Below, piece after piece: positions 1-10,934 of a stretch of 64,000 nt of DNA; within the stretch, counting starts at the first letter, position 1, and each line of letters opens with the position of its first letter. Where the stretch lies: assembly GCA_038867615.1 (NCBI GenBank), contig JAWBYA010000002.1, positions 320,001 to 384,000 on the forward strand, given 5' to 3'. The notes under the pieces were generated by a model. The model saw only the letters and a program-made list of their open reading frames with translations. It ran no database searches and had not been told where the DNA came from. This DNA comes from Sulfolobales archaeon. Lineage in GTDB: Archaea; Thermoproteota; Thermoprotei_A; Sulfolobales; AG1. Position numbers and translations under genes: made by a program.

Positions 1-1
1 C

Positions 2-172
2 TCAGAGCTCCAGGAGAGAGAGGCCTGGGAGATGTTCGGGATAGTTTTTGAGGGTCATCCAGACCTTAGGAGGCTCCTACTACCCGAGGAGTTTGAGGGC
101 CTATGGCCCGGTAGGAGGGATTTTGCGATAGTAACGAGAAAAGCAGGGGAGGTTGAGGAGCCGTGGAAGTAG
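2..172 (+). CDS. nuoC: NADH-quinone oxidoreductase subunit C, 3' fragment (5' end outside window)
   Basis: Manual translation of frame 2: [41 protein letters not shown]...*, the NuoC ERE[19 protein letters not shown] motif; stop overlaps nuoD start. Confidence 0.92.
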   Translation, partial: SELQEREAWEMFGIVFEGHPDLRRLLLPEEFEGLWPGRRDFAIVTRKAGEVEEPWK

Positions 173-1416
173 ATAGCAAGAGTATCTCGACACAGGCTAT
201 TGAGGAGCTTAGCAAAGAGCTGATCCAGCAGAGGGAGCTCGGGGTAACCGAGGAGGGTGAGAGACTAATAGAACTCCAGATCGGGCCCACCCACCCAGGA
301 TCTGGACACATGAGGATAAGGGTTTGGGTTGATGGTGATATAATAGTTAGATGCGACCCTGACATAGGCTTTGTATTCAGAACCATTGAGAAGCTCAGTG
401 AGAACAGGATCTATATGAAAACCATACCACTTGTTGAGAGACCAAGCCTCCTCGACACAACACCCATGACTATAGGCTATATAAACGCCCTTGAGAAGCT
501 CATGGGAATAGAGCCTCCCCCCAGGGCTAAATATCTGCGAACAATACTTGCTGAACTAACAAGGATAGCCAGCCACCTCTACGGAATAGGGATCTTCGCA
601 ATATTCCTTGGACACTCAACAGGGTTCATGTGGGGCTTCGGGGATAGAGAGCTCTTTGTAGAGCTTGCTAACCAGCTTAGCGGGGCTAGAATCACATATG
701 CATATGTAATCCCAGGGGGTGTTAGAAGGGATATGCCACAAAGCTTCCCCGATAACGTTGAGAAAGCCCTGAGATATTTTGAGAAAAGACTTCCAGACTG
801 GTATAAGATGTTCTTGAACAACCCGGTTGTGGAGAAAAGACTACGCGAGGTAGGCATTCTAAGGAAAAACGATGCTGCAAAGCTAGGGATTACTGGGCCT
901 AATCTAAGAGCGTCAGGGATCGAGTATGACGTGAGGATCGCCGATCCCTATGAGGCTTACGATGAACTGGATTTCATGGTGCCTGTAGCTGATGAGGGTG
1001 ACGCTTATGCCAGGGCTTTAGTAAGGTTCGAGGAGATCAAACAGAGTATAAATATAATAAGAGACGCTCTCAGGAAGATGCCTGGAGGAGATATAATACA
1101 CCCACAGATAGCCAGAATGTTCAACCCGCTTATGAAGAAGATCTATGAGGAGAGCAGGAGAGTCAAATTCCCAGGGGTTTTCGCAAGCCTCAAACCACCA
1201 AAGGGAGAGGCTACAGCAAGGGTTGAGGCTGGAAGGGGAGAAGCTCTCTTCTACCTTGTTAGCGACGGCTCGCCCAAACCTTATAGATTTAGGTGGACAA
1301 CACCATCATATAGAAATGCCATTCTGTTTAAATACCTAGTACCCGGGCACAGGCTAGCGGATCTCCCAGCTATATATGGTTCTATAGACTACTTCCCACC
1401 GGAGGCTGATAGGTAA
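163..1416 (+). CDS. nuoD: NADH-quinone oxidoreductase subunit D
   Basis: [41 protein letters not shown]-terminal [11 protein letters not shown]; no NiFe CxxC motifs; operon context. Confidence 0.95.
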   Translation: MEVDSKSISTQAIEELSKELIQQRELGVTEEGERLIELQIGPTHPGSGHMRIRVWVDGDIIVRCDPDIGFVFRTIEKLSENRIYMKTIPLVERPSLLDTTPMTIGYINALEKLMGIEPPPRAKYLRTILAELTRIASHLYGIGIFAIFLGHSTGFMWGFGDRELFVELANQLSGARITYAYVIPGGVRRDMPQSFPDNVEKALRYFEKRLPDWYKMFLNNPVVEKRLREVGILRKNDAAKLGITGPNLRASGIEYDVRIADPYEAYDELDFMVPVADEGDAYARALVRFEEIKQSINIIRDALRKMPGGDIIHPQIARMFNPLMKKIYEESRRVKFPGVFASLKPPKGEATARVEAGRGEALFYLVSDGSPKPYRFRWTTPSYRNAILFKYLVPGHRLADLPAIYGSIDYFPPEADR

Positions 1417-2474
1417 TGATCCAAGAGACATTGTTGCTCAAAGAACTCTTGGGAAACAACGAGATGATCTATAGAACCGTGATAGGGTTAGGATACATGC
1501 TAATATACCCAGGCCTTATAATGATAGTCATAGCAGCAGCACTGCTCCTCTGGGCAGAAAGGAAGATCGTGGCACTAGTCCAGCTAAGATACGGCCCCCT
1601 ATGGATTTCAAGGAGAATCGGAGGCGCTCTCCAAGGTTTCGCGGATCTCATTAGGTTCTCTTTCCAAGAGGTAATAATACCAAGGAGGAGCGACGTGATC
1701 CCGTTCCTCCTATCCCCAGGACTTGCTATTCTATTCTCAGTATTGCCGATAGCCTTCATGCCTGTATCGCCTTATATAAAGCCTCCGATACATAGCGATA
1801 TAGGCCTCCTAGCAGCGATTGCGGTCATATCTGTGGCGCCAATCTTTATAGTACTCATGGGATGGGCCTCTGATAATAAATTTGCATTCGTGGGCTCTCT
1901 TAGAGAGGCTCTCCTCATAGTATCTTATGAGATACCCTTCATAATATCGATCCTATCGATGGGGGTCATGTACAGCAGCCTCGACTTCTACGAGATCGTT
2001 GAGAGACAGTCACTCCTACCAGGAATGCTTCTAAACCCATTCGCCTTCCTGGCATCGTTCATAGCTATGCTCAGGGTAACATCTAGATTCCCCTTCGAGA
2101 TATCAGAAGCAGAGACAGAGATCGTTGCAGGCCCCTATACGGAATACAGCGGGCTGATGTTCGGACTATCAATGGGGCTGGCTTATATAAAACTCTATGT
2201 ATATGCTCTGATGGTCTCTCTCGTCTTTCTAGGCGGGTGGCTCCCAATAGTGTCGGGGGAAGGTGTCATAAGTGGTTTCCTAATACCAAGCCTTATAGTG
2301 ATTATCAAACTAACTGTTGTATGCCTCGTAGCTGTTTTTCTGAGAGCTGTCTATGGGAGATATAGGATAGACCAGGCCATAAGGATCGGTTGGATCCATG
2401 TTTTCGCACTTTCTATAGTTTCCTTAGTCTGGTCGATAATCCTCGTATATGGGGGGTGGATTAGATGGGTTTAG
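1416..2474 (+). CDS. nuoH: NADH-quinone oxidoreductase subunit H
   Basis: ERKIVALVQLRYGP, SYEIP, RFPFEISEAETEIVAGPYTEYSG; multiple TM helices. Confidence 0.95.
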   Translation: MIQETLLLKELLGNNEMIYRTVIGLGYMLIYPGLIMIVIAAALLLWAERKIVALVQLRYGPLWISRRIGGALQGFADLIRFSFQEVIIPRRSDVIPFLLSPGLAILFSVLPIAFMPVSPYIKPPIHSDIGLLAAIAVISVAPIFIVLMGWASDNKFAFVGSLREALLIVSYEIPFIISILSMGVMYSSLDFYEIVERQSLLPGMLLNPFAFLASFIAMLRVTSRFPFEISEAETEIVAGPYTEYSGLMFGLSMGLAYIKLYVYALMVSLVFLGGWLPIVSGEGVISGFLIPSLIVIIKLTVVCLVAVFLRAVYGRYRIDQAIRIGWIHVFALSIVSLVWSIILVYGGWIRWV

Positions 2475-3055
2475 AAGTAGATTTTGAAAAAATATCGGAA
2501 GAGATCTCGACATCTGTAGAGAACCTTGCACCCGAGAAGAAGAGGTTCTACAGGGTTACAACACCAAGTCTAGGTCCTAGTGTTGTGAGAAACATCGAGG
2601 CCATCACAACAGGCCTTAAATATGTTATAAGACCCATGAGGATCACCATTGACTACCCGAGACAGGTTCTCGAACAGCCTCCCTGGTATAGAGGTATGTT
2701 CAGGCTCCTTGAGAATGTCTGTATAGGGTGCTCTCTATGTGATATAATATGCCCCTCCGATGCTATAAGAATGGTACTTAATCCTGAGAAGAAAAAGAGA
2801 CCAGTTATAAACTGGGGTAGGTGTATCTTCTGCTACTACTGCGTAGATATATGCCCTGTCGAGGCTTTCGATACAACAACAATCCATGACATGGCTTTTG
2901 ATAAATATGAGGATATGCTAACAAATCTCGAGGAGTTCACAAAGGATCCGAGGGAGAGGAATCCCAGCAAGGATGCCATGAGGATGAGGATCAAGTTTGA
3001 TGAGAAGAGAGGGTTTGTATACGAGCCTACGGATAAGAAGAACGGGGGTGGTTAG
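2465..3055 (+). CDS. nuoI: NADH-quinone oxidoreductase subunit I (2x[4Fe-4S])
   Basis: TIDYP, CIGCSLCDIICP and CIFCYYCVDICP. Confidence 0.95.
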   Translation: MGLEVDFEKISEEISTSVENLAPEKKRFYRVTTPSLGPSVVRNIEAITTGLKYVIRPMRITIDYPRQVLEQPPWYRGMFRLLENVCIGCSLCDIICPSDAIRMVLNPEKKKRPVINWGRCIFCYYCVDICPVEAFDTTTIHDMAFDKYEDMLTNLEEFTKDPRERNPSKDAMRMRIKFDEKRGFVYEPTDKKNGGG

Positions 3056-3545
3056 GTTCCTCGACATATCGTTGATCATATCCCTCCTAGCGGGGTTGTT
3101 GGCACTCACATTCTCAGTATTTGTGATCATATCGAAGAATATAGTATATGGAGCTATACATCTCTCCCTCCTAGGGCTGGTTGTAGCGGCATTAATAGCT
3201 ATGCTTGGCTACCCTATAGTGGCTATCCTCCACATAATAATCTATGTAGGAGCCGGTGTTCTCTTCATAATAATGAGCGTCTCGATGATAAGAGAGGTTG
3301 TTGAGAGAAGGGTTAACAAACCCCTAAGCCTCCTAGTAGCCCTCATAGTATCATCACCACTATTCTACCTAGCAGCTGTCACAGAGAACCAAGGGCTACC
3401 ACAGCCTGCTTATTCGGATTACGCCATAATTAGCAGATATATAGCGCAGAACTACTGGATGCCAGCCCTGTTGGTTTTCCTCTCACTCTCAGCCTCGCTA
3501 ATGGCTGCTGTTAGTATAACGAGGGCGAGGGGTGGGAGGAAATGA
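3048..3545 (+). CDS. nuoJ: NADH-quinone oxidoreductase subunit J
   Basis: Hydrophobic, IIIYVGAGVLFII motif; GTG start at 3048 overlapping the nuoI stop preferred over the ORF-track ATG at 2997. Confidence 0.88.
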   Translation: MVRFLDISLIISLLAGLLALTFSVFVIISKNIVYGAIHLSLLGLVVAALIAMLGYPIVAILHIIIYVGAGVLFIIMSVSMIREVVERRVNKPLSLLVALIVSSPLFYLAAVTENQGLPQPAYSDYAIISRYIAQNYWMPALLVFLSLSASLMAAVSITRARGGRK

Positions 3546-3862
3546 ATATATATCTATTGATCTCGGCACTCTTATTCCTAGTATCCATCTACGGGATCCT
3601 TAGTAGCAGGAACATGGTTAGAATGCTGATATCAGTGGAGGTTATGTTCAACGCCGTGGTGTTAGCTGTGCTCTCTATAGGCAATATCATGGCTGCCTCG
3701 GGCTATCAGAACGCTATCCCTACAATGGTATCTATAGTGGTGTTTGCAATAACCCTTGCAGTCTCTGAGATAGTGCTGATGTTCTCCATAATGATCGGTA
3801 TTCTTAGGTTCAGGGTTGTGAGGAACATAGATACGGAGGAGCTTGTAACAAGGGAGAGGTGA
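3542..3862 (+). CDS. nuoK: NADH-quinone oxidoreductase subunit K
   Basis: RNMVRMLISVEVMFNA, LAVSE; 3 TM. Confidence 0.92.
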   Translation: MNIYLLISALLFLVSIYGILSSRNMVRMLISVEVMFNAVVLAVLSIGNIMAASGYQNAIPTMVSIVVFAITLAVSEIVLMFSIMIGILRFRVVRNIDTEELVTRER

Positions 3863-5397
3863 TCTTGTTGAGCCTGCTCCTAAGCTCGGTAATAATCCCG
3901 TCCATAGCCTCCCTCATAATACTCGCACTCTCGAGAAAAGCATCCCCAGGCGCTCTTGCAGCAATATCAACACTCTCGCTAGTCTATTCAGGCGTCGCGA
4001 TCTCTGCGGCAATCGCGATCTATGGATTACCATACCACGATACACCCATATATCTAGGCCCGCCCATAGGCTTCATAGGCTTCATAATAGACCAGTTCAA
4101 CCTACCAATCGTGGCGGGCGTTTTAATAGTCTCAGTAATGGTTGCAATATACTCAAGACCATACATGGAGCATAGGTTCGAAGAGCTGGGAGGAGGGTCC
4201 TGGGGCGTTTATTACATGAACTACACACTGTTCTCCGCATCAATGCTCGGGGTTGCTCTATCAACCAATATGATTGAGTTCTACCTATTCCTAGAAATAT
4301 CCCTGCTAACATCATTCATTCTAATACTCCTCTATGGCTATGGCGATAGGGTGAGGATCGCCTTCCTCTATTTCATATGGACCCACGCAGGAGCCTTCCT
4401 CTTCCTCGCAGGAGCCTTTATCTATGGACTCTCGGTTGGTAATTTCGACTACATCACCTTCAGGGAAGCCTCGCTATACCCGATCGGCGGATCAGGATCT
4501 ATAGCTGATATAGCTATGAAGTGGGTATCATTCCTACTAATACTAATAGGCCTTCTTGTCAAGCTCCCAGCCTTTGGATTCCACATATGGCTCCCATACG
4601 CCCATGCAGAGGCCCCAACGCCTGTTTCAGCCCTCCTAAGCCCTAACCTAATAGGCCTTGCTGGGCTTGGTATCTATAGAATATTAGTAATACTATATCC
4701 CGACACTATGATCTCCTACCAATGGGTGATCATAGCGTGGGCCTTGATCACAATAATATATGGCGGCATACTAGCACTCCACCAAAGTGATTTCAAGCGG
4801 CTTCTAGCGTATAGCAGCATATCACAGATGGGCTACATGCTCTTAGGACTAGCAACAATGACGCCTGCAGGTATAGCTGGAGCCCTCCTCCACTACCTAA
4901 GCCACGCACTCGGCAAAGCATCCCTCTTCATGACAGCTGGAAACATAATTGTCGGGGCTGGGGGGCTGAGGGATGTGAATAAGATGGGAGGTCTTGCCTC
5001 AACTATGCCCTACACAGCAGCATCCTCCCTCATAGGCTTTCTCACCATATCGGGGCTACCTCCAACTATAGGGATAGTTTCGAAATTCCTGATCCTTATG
5101 GGGTTCTCAAGCATGCTCTTCGCAGGTTCAACGTTACCAGCAACGATCATAGCAGTGCTCATCATAGCCGCCATTATAGGTTTCGGTCTCACAATAGCCT
5201 ATAGCTTCATAACAATGAGAAAGATCTTCTTTGGCCCTGCTAAAAAAGACATAAAATCGGGAGAACCCCATATGAGAGCCACCATAGCCTTGATCGTCGT
5301 AAGTGTGGCAAGCATAGCAGTGCTCATCGCAGGATCCTATATAGTTAATCCATTATCAACAGCTGTCACAACCTTAAGCATTATTTTCCAGAGGTGA
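3859..5397 (+). CDS. nuoM: NADH-quinone oxidoreductase subunit M (antiporter-like)
   Basis: FYLFLE, VKLPAFGFHIWLPYAHAEAPTPVSALLS, DFKRLLAYSSISQMG. Confidence 0.92.
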   Translation: MILLSLLLSSVIIPSIASLIILALSRKASPGALAAISTLSLVYSGVAISAAIAIYGLPYHDTPIYLGPPIGFIGFIIDQFNLPIVAGVLIVSVMVAIYSRPYMEHRFEELGGGSWGVYYMNYTLFSASMLGVALSTNMIEFYLFLEISLLTSFILILLYGYGDRVRIAFLYFIWTHAGAFLFLAGAFIYGLSVGNFDYITFREASLYPIGGSGSIADIAMKWVSFLLILIGLLVKLPAFGFHIWLPYAHAEAPTPVSALLSPNLIGLAGLGIYRILVILYPDTMISYQWVIIAWALITIIYGGILALHQSDFKRLLAYSSISQMGYMLLGLATMTPAGIAGALLHYLSHALGKASLFMTAGNIIVGAGGLRDVNKMGGLASTMPYTAASSLIGFLTISGLPPTIGIVSKFLILMGFSSMLFAGSTLPATIIAVLIIAAIIGFGLTIAYSFITMRKIFFGPAKKDIKSGEPHMRATIALIVVSVASIAVLIAGSYIVNPLSTAVTTLSIIFQR

Positions 5398-7436
5398 TTC
5401 TCATGCCTGTCGAGATCTGGTGGGCTCCTCTCGTGTGGGGTATCCCGTTCCTAGGATCCCTAGTAGCAGGGCTAACAGGGATTTTTAATAAGAGACTCGC
5501 AGCCATACTCGGCTCTATATCCCTCGGGATCAGTGCTCTGCTGACAATACCTCTCATAATGGTCTATGTGGGGAGTGGCGATGTGATAGTCAGCCCTAGA
5601 TATACATGGCTAACAATACCTCTGGGCAAAGGTGTGGTTGATGTAGGGTTAGGGGTATTCCTGGACGGCATATCGCTTGTATTAACAGCAATGGTTGCTT
5701 GGATCTCATTCTTAATTGGTGTCTATAGCCTGAGCTATATGAAAGGGGATTATGGTGAGCATAGATACTGGATCTTCTTCTCATTCTTCGTCGGGTCTAT
5801 GCTTCTCCTGGTGATGACAGACAACCTCCTACTCCTGATAATAGGGTGGGAGGGAACGTCACTAGCATCTTACGCCCTAATAGGACACTGGTACAGAGAT
5901 GAGGAGCACGCATGGGTGGGAGACCCTGGCAGAAGCGCCCTTAAGAAACCAATGTGGTTCACACCAAGCCATGCAGGGGTGAGGGCAATTATAATGACAG
6001 GAGTACCCGACATAGGCTTCATGTTGGGGGCAACGGCTATGATATTGGTGAGCGGTACAGCATATATACCGGATCTCTATAAAGGCCTCGCACCACTAAT
6101 GGGGGATCTCGCCTCAAAAGGGCTTCTCACAGGATTCCTCCTCCTCTTCACACTAGGAGCCCTTGCAAAGAGCGCCCAGTTCCCCTTACACGAATGGCTT
6201 GTAACTGCGATGACAGGCCCGGCAAGCGTGTCAGCGCTAATACATGCCGCGACAATGGTTAAGGCTGGGGTGTACTTTATGCTCAGATTCGTCCCCATAT
6301 TCATAGCCGCATCCAGCATGGTGGGTGATGCGGCTATAGCCCAGACTAGGGATTACCTGGCAATTATTGGGGGAATAGGTGTTTTCACAGCATTTATGAT
6401 GGCGACAATGGCTGTAGTTGCGAGGGAGCTTAAACTAATCCTAGCATTCTCAACAGCATCGCAGATAGGCTATATGTTCATGGCAGCCTCCTATGCCGGG
6501 ATGCTCAAAGAACCAGGTCTCGGGATTGTCGCAGGACTCTCACACCTATTAAGCCATGCTGTGTTCAAAGCCTCGCTCTTCCTAGGAGCAGGGATCTTGA
6601 TACACGAGCTTGGAAGCAGATATATAGATGGGATCGGTATTAAGGCGAGGAGCCTTAGGATCACCATGCTATCAATGATCCTAGCCTCCCTAGGATTAGC
6701 AGCACTACCCCCGTTCTCCGGCTATTGGAGCAAAGACCTTGTCGTAGATACATCGCTAGAAGCCGGTTTTCTCCAAGCATCTGTGTTAGCGATCATAACA
6801 TCATTCCTAACAGCTGCTTACACGTTCAGAATGATCTCGATACTCTACCTATATAGAGAAAAGGAATCTTTAGAGGCCTTGTCCGAGCATGGCAAGGCCC
6901 ATGGGGAAGATCCTGTAGCTTTCATACCATACCTCCTACTTGCAATAGCAACCCCGATTATTGGTGTAGCATGGGCCCTCTGGATCAACTATTTCTCAGA
7001 GATCTCGTTACGAGGAACATACTTACATATACCAGAGATTCACTATAACCCACAAGTGGCCGTGGTTTCGGCGTTAGTATCGATCCTAGGTGCTGCACTA
7101 GCCCTCGCGATCTACGGGCCTTTCGGGTACAGCATCCTTCCAAAGATCAGGAGCGAGAGATTCCTGGCAGCCATAAACAGATTTCTATATGATAGATGGT
7201 ATTTCAACCCGCTTCTATATATAGTATTCGTGGATGGCGGCTCAAAAATGATTAGGGCTATTGGTAGGAGTTTCGAGGGGGCTGTTATAGATAATATCTA
7301 CCACAAAGCATTGCCAAGAATCATGGAGTCCCTGAGCAGGATTCTCAGAAACTACCAGCCTAGTGTTATAAACAGCTATCTCTTTCTAATGCTGCTAGGG
7401 ATAGCGATCCTTGTGATCCTTCAGATGATGGGGTGA
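5394..7436 (+). CDS. nuoL: NADH-quinone oxidoreductase subunit L (antiporter-like)
   Basis: GWEG, KSAQFPLHEWLVTAMTGPASVSALIHAATMVKAGVY, HAVFKASLFL, SGYWSKD; long C-terminal transverse helix. Confidence 0.94.
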   Translation: MILMPVEIWWAPLVWGIPFLGSLVAGLTGIFNKRLAAILGSISLGISALLTIPLIMVYVGSGDVIVSPRYTWLTIPLGKGVVDVGLGVFLDGISLVLTAMVAWISFLIGVYSLSYMKGDYGEHRYWIFFSFFVGSMLLLVMTDNLLLLIIGWEGTSLASYALIGHWYRDEEHAWVGDPGRSALKKPMWFTPSHAGVRAIIMTGVPDIGFMLGATAMILVSGTAYIPDLYKGLAPLMGDLASKGLLTGFLLLFTLGALAKSAQFPLHEWLVTAMTGPASVSALIHAATMVKAGVYFMLRFVPIFIAASSMVGDAAIAQTRDYLAIIGGIGVFTAFMMATMAVVARELKLILAFSTASQIGYMFMAASYAGMLKEPGLGIVAGLSHLLSHAVFKASLFLGAGILIHELGSRYIDGIGIKARSLRITMLSMILASLGLAALPPFSGYWSKDLVVDTSLEAGFLQASVLAIITSFLTAAYTFRMISILYLYREKESLEALSEHGKAHGEDPVAFIPYLLLAIATPIIGVAWALWINYFSEISLRGTYLHIPEIHYNPQVAVVSALVSILGAALALAIYGPFGYSILPKIRSERFLAAINRFLYDRWYFNPLLYIVFVDGGSKMIRAIGRSFEGAVIDNIYHKALPRIMESLSRILRNYQPSVINSYLFLMLLGIAILVILQMMG

Positions 7437-8857
7437 TGATCATGGCACTACTTCCAGTGGATCAGGTTCTCCTAATCTTCTCAATCCTAATGGGGTTCTC
7501 TCTGTCAATACCCCTAGCAGAGATGCTAGGAGTAGATAAGAGGACATCTAAATATATCTCTATAGCAGGGCTCGTCATAGCCCTTGCAACAGTGCTCATA
7601 TCACCACCAAGCGGGAGTGTTAGTATAATCTCGGGCTTTCTATCTAATGTGGATGCAATATCATATCCAATAGCTATAGCAATACTGCTAGGAGGGATCA
7701 TAGGTATTGTGAGCCTCCCTGTAGAGGCCACCGATAGCGCGCATCCATATCTATCAATGATCCTCATGGGTGTTCTGGCATCCATAATGCTGGTAATGGC
7801 TAGAGATCCCGTAGCTATTATAGCCTCATGGACCCTTCTCTCAGTAACCACTTTCGCAGCAGTAGCCCTTGCCAGGGATCGTGAGTCCCTCGAAGCGTCT
7901 GTTAGGTACTCAATAGTTGGTGCTATAGCATCACAGCTCCTCATAATAGGCGTTGCATTCTCAACACCCTATATGTTCCCAGCAGTATTAGCACAACAGC
8001 AGAGCCTGTTATATGTTGTTGGGCTGATCGCTATAGCTTTTACCATGATAGCGATCGGCTTTAAACTGGGAGCTGCACCATCACATTCATGGGTTCCAGA
8101 TGTTTATGGAAAAGCCTCGCCCTATGTAGTGTCAGTAATCTCGGGGTCTCTAAAGCTGGGTGTTGTAGGCCTAGCAGTATATGTTCTCAGCTACCTAGGC
8201 CCTATCTCCCCAGGCATGTTATCAGTGGTTATATTCATGTCAGTTGCCAGCATGCTTATAGGCAGCATACTCCCCCTTACCCAGACAAACGCCCAGAGGA
8301 TCCTCGCATACAGCTCTATAGCCCATATGGGCTTTATATTCATAGGCCTATCCGTGCTAGCAGTATCCCACGATAACCCACATGCCTACAGGCTAGCCTT
8401 GCTCGGGGTAGTTTTCCACACACTCGCCTATGCGTTGGGTAAATCGGGAGTCTTTGCAGCCCTTAACTATATAAGAAGATATAGCGGTGGATTGGAACTT
8501 GATGTTATAAGGAGCTCCACAGCCAAGGATCCCAAGCTAACATTCTCCCTCTCAGTGCATCTACTCAACCTAATAGGAGTACCGCCTCTACCTGGCTTCT
8601 GGGGCAAGCTATTCCTATTCATGGCTGCTGCCCAGAACCTCAGGGGGCTATATATAGGGCAGATCCCATGGCTAGTAATACTTGGCATAGCTGCCAGCGT
8701 CATATCTGTATACTATTACCTAAACATACTGCGAGCATCGGTTGCTGGTAGTAGTGTTGGCGGAAATAGAGACCCAGATCTATGGGCTTCCTACGCATCA
8801 GCCACTATAAGCATAATACTGGGCGTGTTCATGTATATACTCTCATACTATGTATAA
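7433..8857 (+). CDS. nuoN: NADH-quinone oxidoreductase subunit N (antiporter-like)
   Basis: EASVRY, GFKLGAAPSHSWVPDVY, RILAYSSIAHMG, GVPPLPGFWGK. Confidence 0.92.
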   Translation: MMIMALLPVDQVLLIFSILMGFSLSIPLAEMLGVDKRTSKYISIAGLVIALATVLISPPSGSVSIISGFLSNVDAISYPIAIAILLGGIIGIVSLPVEATDSAHPYLSMILMGVLASIMLVMARDPVAIIASWTLLSVTTFAAVALARDRESLEASVRYSIVGAIASQLLIIGVAFSTPYMFPAVLAQQQSLLYVVGLIAIAFTMIAIGFKLGAAPSHSWVPDVYGKASPYVVSVISGSLKLGVVGLAVYVLSYLGPISPGMLSVVIFMSVASMLIGSILPLTQTNAQRILAYSSIAHMGFIFIGLSVLAVSHDNPHAYRLALLGVVFHTLAYALGKSGVFAALNYIRRYSGGLELDVIRSSTAKDPKLTFSLSVHLLNLIGVPPLPGFWGKLFLFMAAAQNLRGLYIGQIPWLVILGIAASVISVYYYLNILRASVAGSSVGGNRDPDLWASYASATISIILGVFMYILSYYV

Positions 8858-8897
8858 TGCTAAAGCCTCTAAACCGGATGATGGCTAGAACCAACGC

Positions 8898-9374
8898 CTA
8901 GTATTTTGGTACAATATCCATGCAGAGTTTCTCCTTAACTACATTGAAAACCACACTAGTCACTGTTCTCTTTATATATGGCATCTTCAATATGGTTTTT
9001 ATAAAGTTGTTGAGCTCATCCATATTTCTGAACTTAGCTATCAATGCCACGTCGAACTCGCCAGTTATGTCATAAACAGCAATTACCTGGTCATATGTCG
9101 AAAGGGTCTTCTCAACATCGGTTATATGTGCACCATCGACAGACACTAGGATCAGTGCTGTTATATCTAAACCCAGGAGTTTTAGATCCAGCTCTGCCGT
9201 GAATCTCCTTATCACCCCGAGCTTGACAAGCCTCTTAACCCTCTCATGCACTGTTGATGTCGGTGTTCCCAGCTCTTTTGCTATGCTTCTTAGACTCTTT
9301 CTCGAGTCTTTCAACAGCCTCTCAATGATCTTCATATCAAGCTCGTCCATATCCCCCCTCAATTTTCCAGCCAT
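8898..9374 (-). CDS. Lrp/AsnC family transcriptional regulator
   Basis: N-terminal HTH (DELDMKIIERLLKDSR...STVHERVKRLVKLGVI) plus RAM domain (YDITGEFD); divergent from glnA. Confidence 0.93.
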   Translation of the reverse strand: MAGKLRGDMDELDMKIIERLLKDSRKSLRSIAKELGTPTSTVHERVKRLVKLGVIRRFTAELDLKLLGLDITALILVSVDGAHITDVEKTLSTYDQVIAVYDITGEFDVALIAKFRNMDELNNFIKTILKMPYIKRTVTSVVFNVVKEKLCMDIVPKY

Positions 9375-9502
9375 TTTTTATAGTTCACCGGGGTATTAAT
9401 GTTAGTTTTACAGATCTCCTAGAGGCTGGTTAAGACTATCCTGTAAACATGATAGCAAGTACGGGGTGCATATTTAAATACCAATTATAGTCAAATCCTT
9501 CC

Positions 9503-10855
9503 GTGATAAAAATGCCAGGCAAGGTATGGCTCGACATAATGTTCACAGACCTCCTGGGGGTTCTGAGGAGTGTTAGCTATAGGGTTAATGAGGAGGATGT
9601 GTCAAAAGTAACAGGAATAGTTGGCAAGACCGATGGAAGCTCTGTATACGGCTTTACCGGTATAGAGGATAGCGATCTATTCCTCTACCCGATAGAGAGC
9701 ACGCTATCGAAAACCCCCTGGGATGTTGGGAGATACATGGTACTATCAAAAGTATACTATAGAGATTCGAGGTTTACCAGGGATCCCAGGCTAGTTGCTG
9801 AAAAAGCAGAAGAAGTACTTGGTGCGGACGGCTTCGAAGCTTATGTCTCGGTAGAGCCTGAGTTCTTCATAGTTGAGAAAGTGGATGTTAGTGTTGATAA
9901 GAGCATGGGTACCTATAAACAGAGGCTAAAGATATACTCACACGAAGGCTCCCTAGAACACCTGTTTCCAGTAAAAAGAAGCTACCAGCTACCTCTAGAG
10001 AATAGATACGAACACGCTATTACAGAGATTATCAGAGGGCTTGAAGCGATAGGAATCGGGGCAGAGGTTATACACCACGAAGTAGCCACATCGCAGTTCG
10101 AGCTAAACTTTGCTGGAGGCTCACTGACAGCAGTATCAGACTCACTCCAAATGATAAAGCTCACTATGAGGAAGATTCTAGGTAAGCTTGGTCTCCAACC
10201 ACTCTTCATGCCAAAACCATTCTGGGGTGATAATGGCTCTGGGCTTCATATACATGTTAGCCTGTGGAAGAACAGGATTAATGCTTTCTATGATGAGAGT
10301 GATAGCTATGCCAAGATTAGCCAGCTATGCAGATACTTCATAGGAGGCTTAATAGAACATGGAAGAAGCCTCTCAGCCATAGTGTCGCCTACAGTTAATA
10401 GCTATAAAAGGCTTGTCCCAGGCTATGAGGCTCCGGTCTACCTCACATGGGGTAGGTCTAATAGGAGCGCCGCGATAAGGGTACCCGCAGCACTCTCAAG
10501 CAACAAGGTTAGAATAGAATACAGACCCCCTGACCCAACCTCTAATCCCTACTTAGCAGCCTCGGCAATAACCCTCGCAGGTCTCGACGGGATAGCCAAG
10601 AAGATAGATCCTGGAGACCCTGTAGATGAGAACGTATATAGAATGACTCCCGAGAGGAAAAGACAGCTAGGGATAAAAAGTCTTCCAAGAAGCCTTGAAG
10701 AGGCTCTAGACGAGCTAGAGAGCGATAACCAATACCTCTTAAAGGCATTTCCAAAAGATCTCCTAGAAACATACATAGAAGTCAAGAGAGATGAAGCGAG
10801 AAGAGTCTCGTCAATGCCATCACCAATAGATTATATAGAATATCTACACCTCTAG
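9503..10855 (+). CDS. glnA: Glutamine synthetase type I
   Basis: DGSS, EPEFF, HHEVAT, FMPKP..GDNGSGLHIHVSL, NSYKRLVPGYEAP, NRSAAIRVP, RIEYRPPDP. Confidence 0.96.
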   Translation: MIKMPGKVWLDIMFTDLLGVLRSVSYRVNEEDVSKVTGIVGKTDGSSVYGFTGIEDSDLFLYPIESTLSKTPWDVGRYMVLSKVYYRDSRFTRDPRLVAEKAEEVLGADGFEAYVSVEPEFFIVEKVDVSVDKSMGTYKQRLKIYSHEGSLEHLFPVKRSYQLPLENRYEHAITEIIRGLEAIGIGAEVIHHEVATSQFELNFAGGSLTAVSDSLQMIKLTMRKILGKLGLQPLFMPKPFWGDNGSGLHIHVSLWKNRINAFYDESDSYAKISQLCRYFIGGLIEHGRSLSAIVSPTVNSYKRLVPGYEAPVYLTWGRSNRSAAIRVPAALSSNKVRIEYRPPDPTSNPYLAASAITLAGLDGIAKKIDPGDPVDENVYRMTPERKRQLGIKSLPRSLEEALDELESDNQYLLKAFPKDLLETYIEVKRDEARRVSSMPSPIDYIEYLHL

Positions 10856-10934
10856 CCACCCCAGCCCGTCCATACCTGCTTTATAACAATAGACTAGCTA
10901 GACTAGAACGAATCGTTCCCTTTAACCCTGAGGA

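Noticed and set aside
163-1416. NuoD as a group 4 [NiFe]-hydrogenase large subunit
   Set aside because: Lacks both CxxC metal-binding motifs
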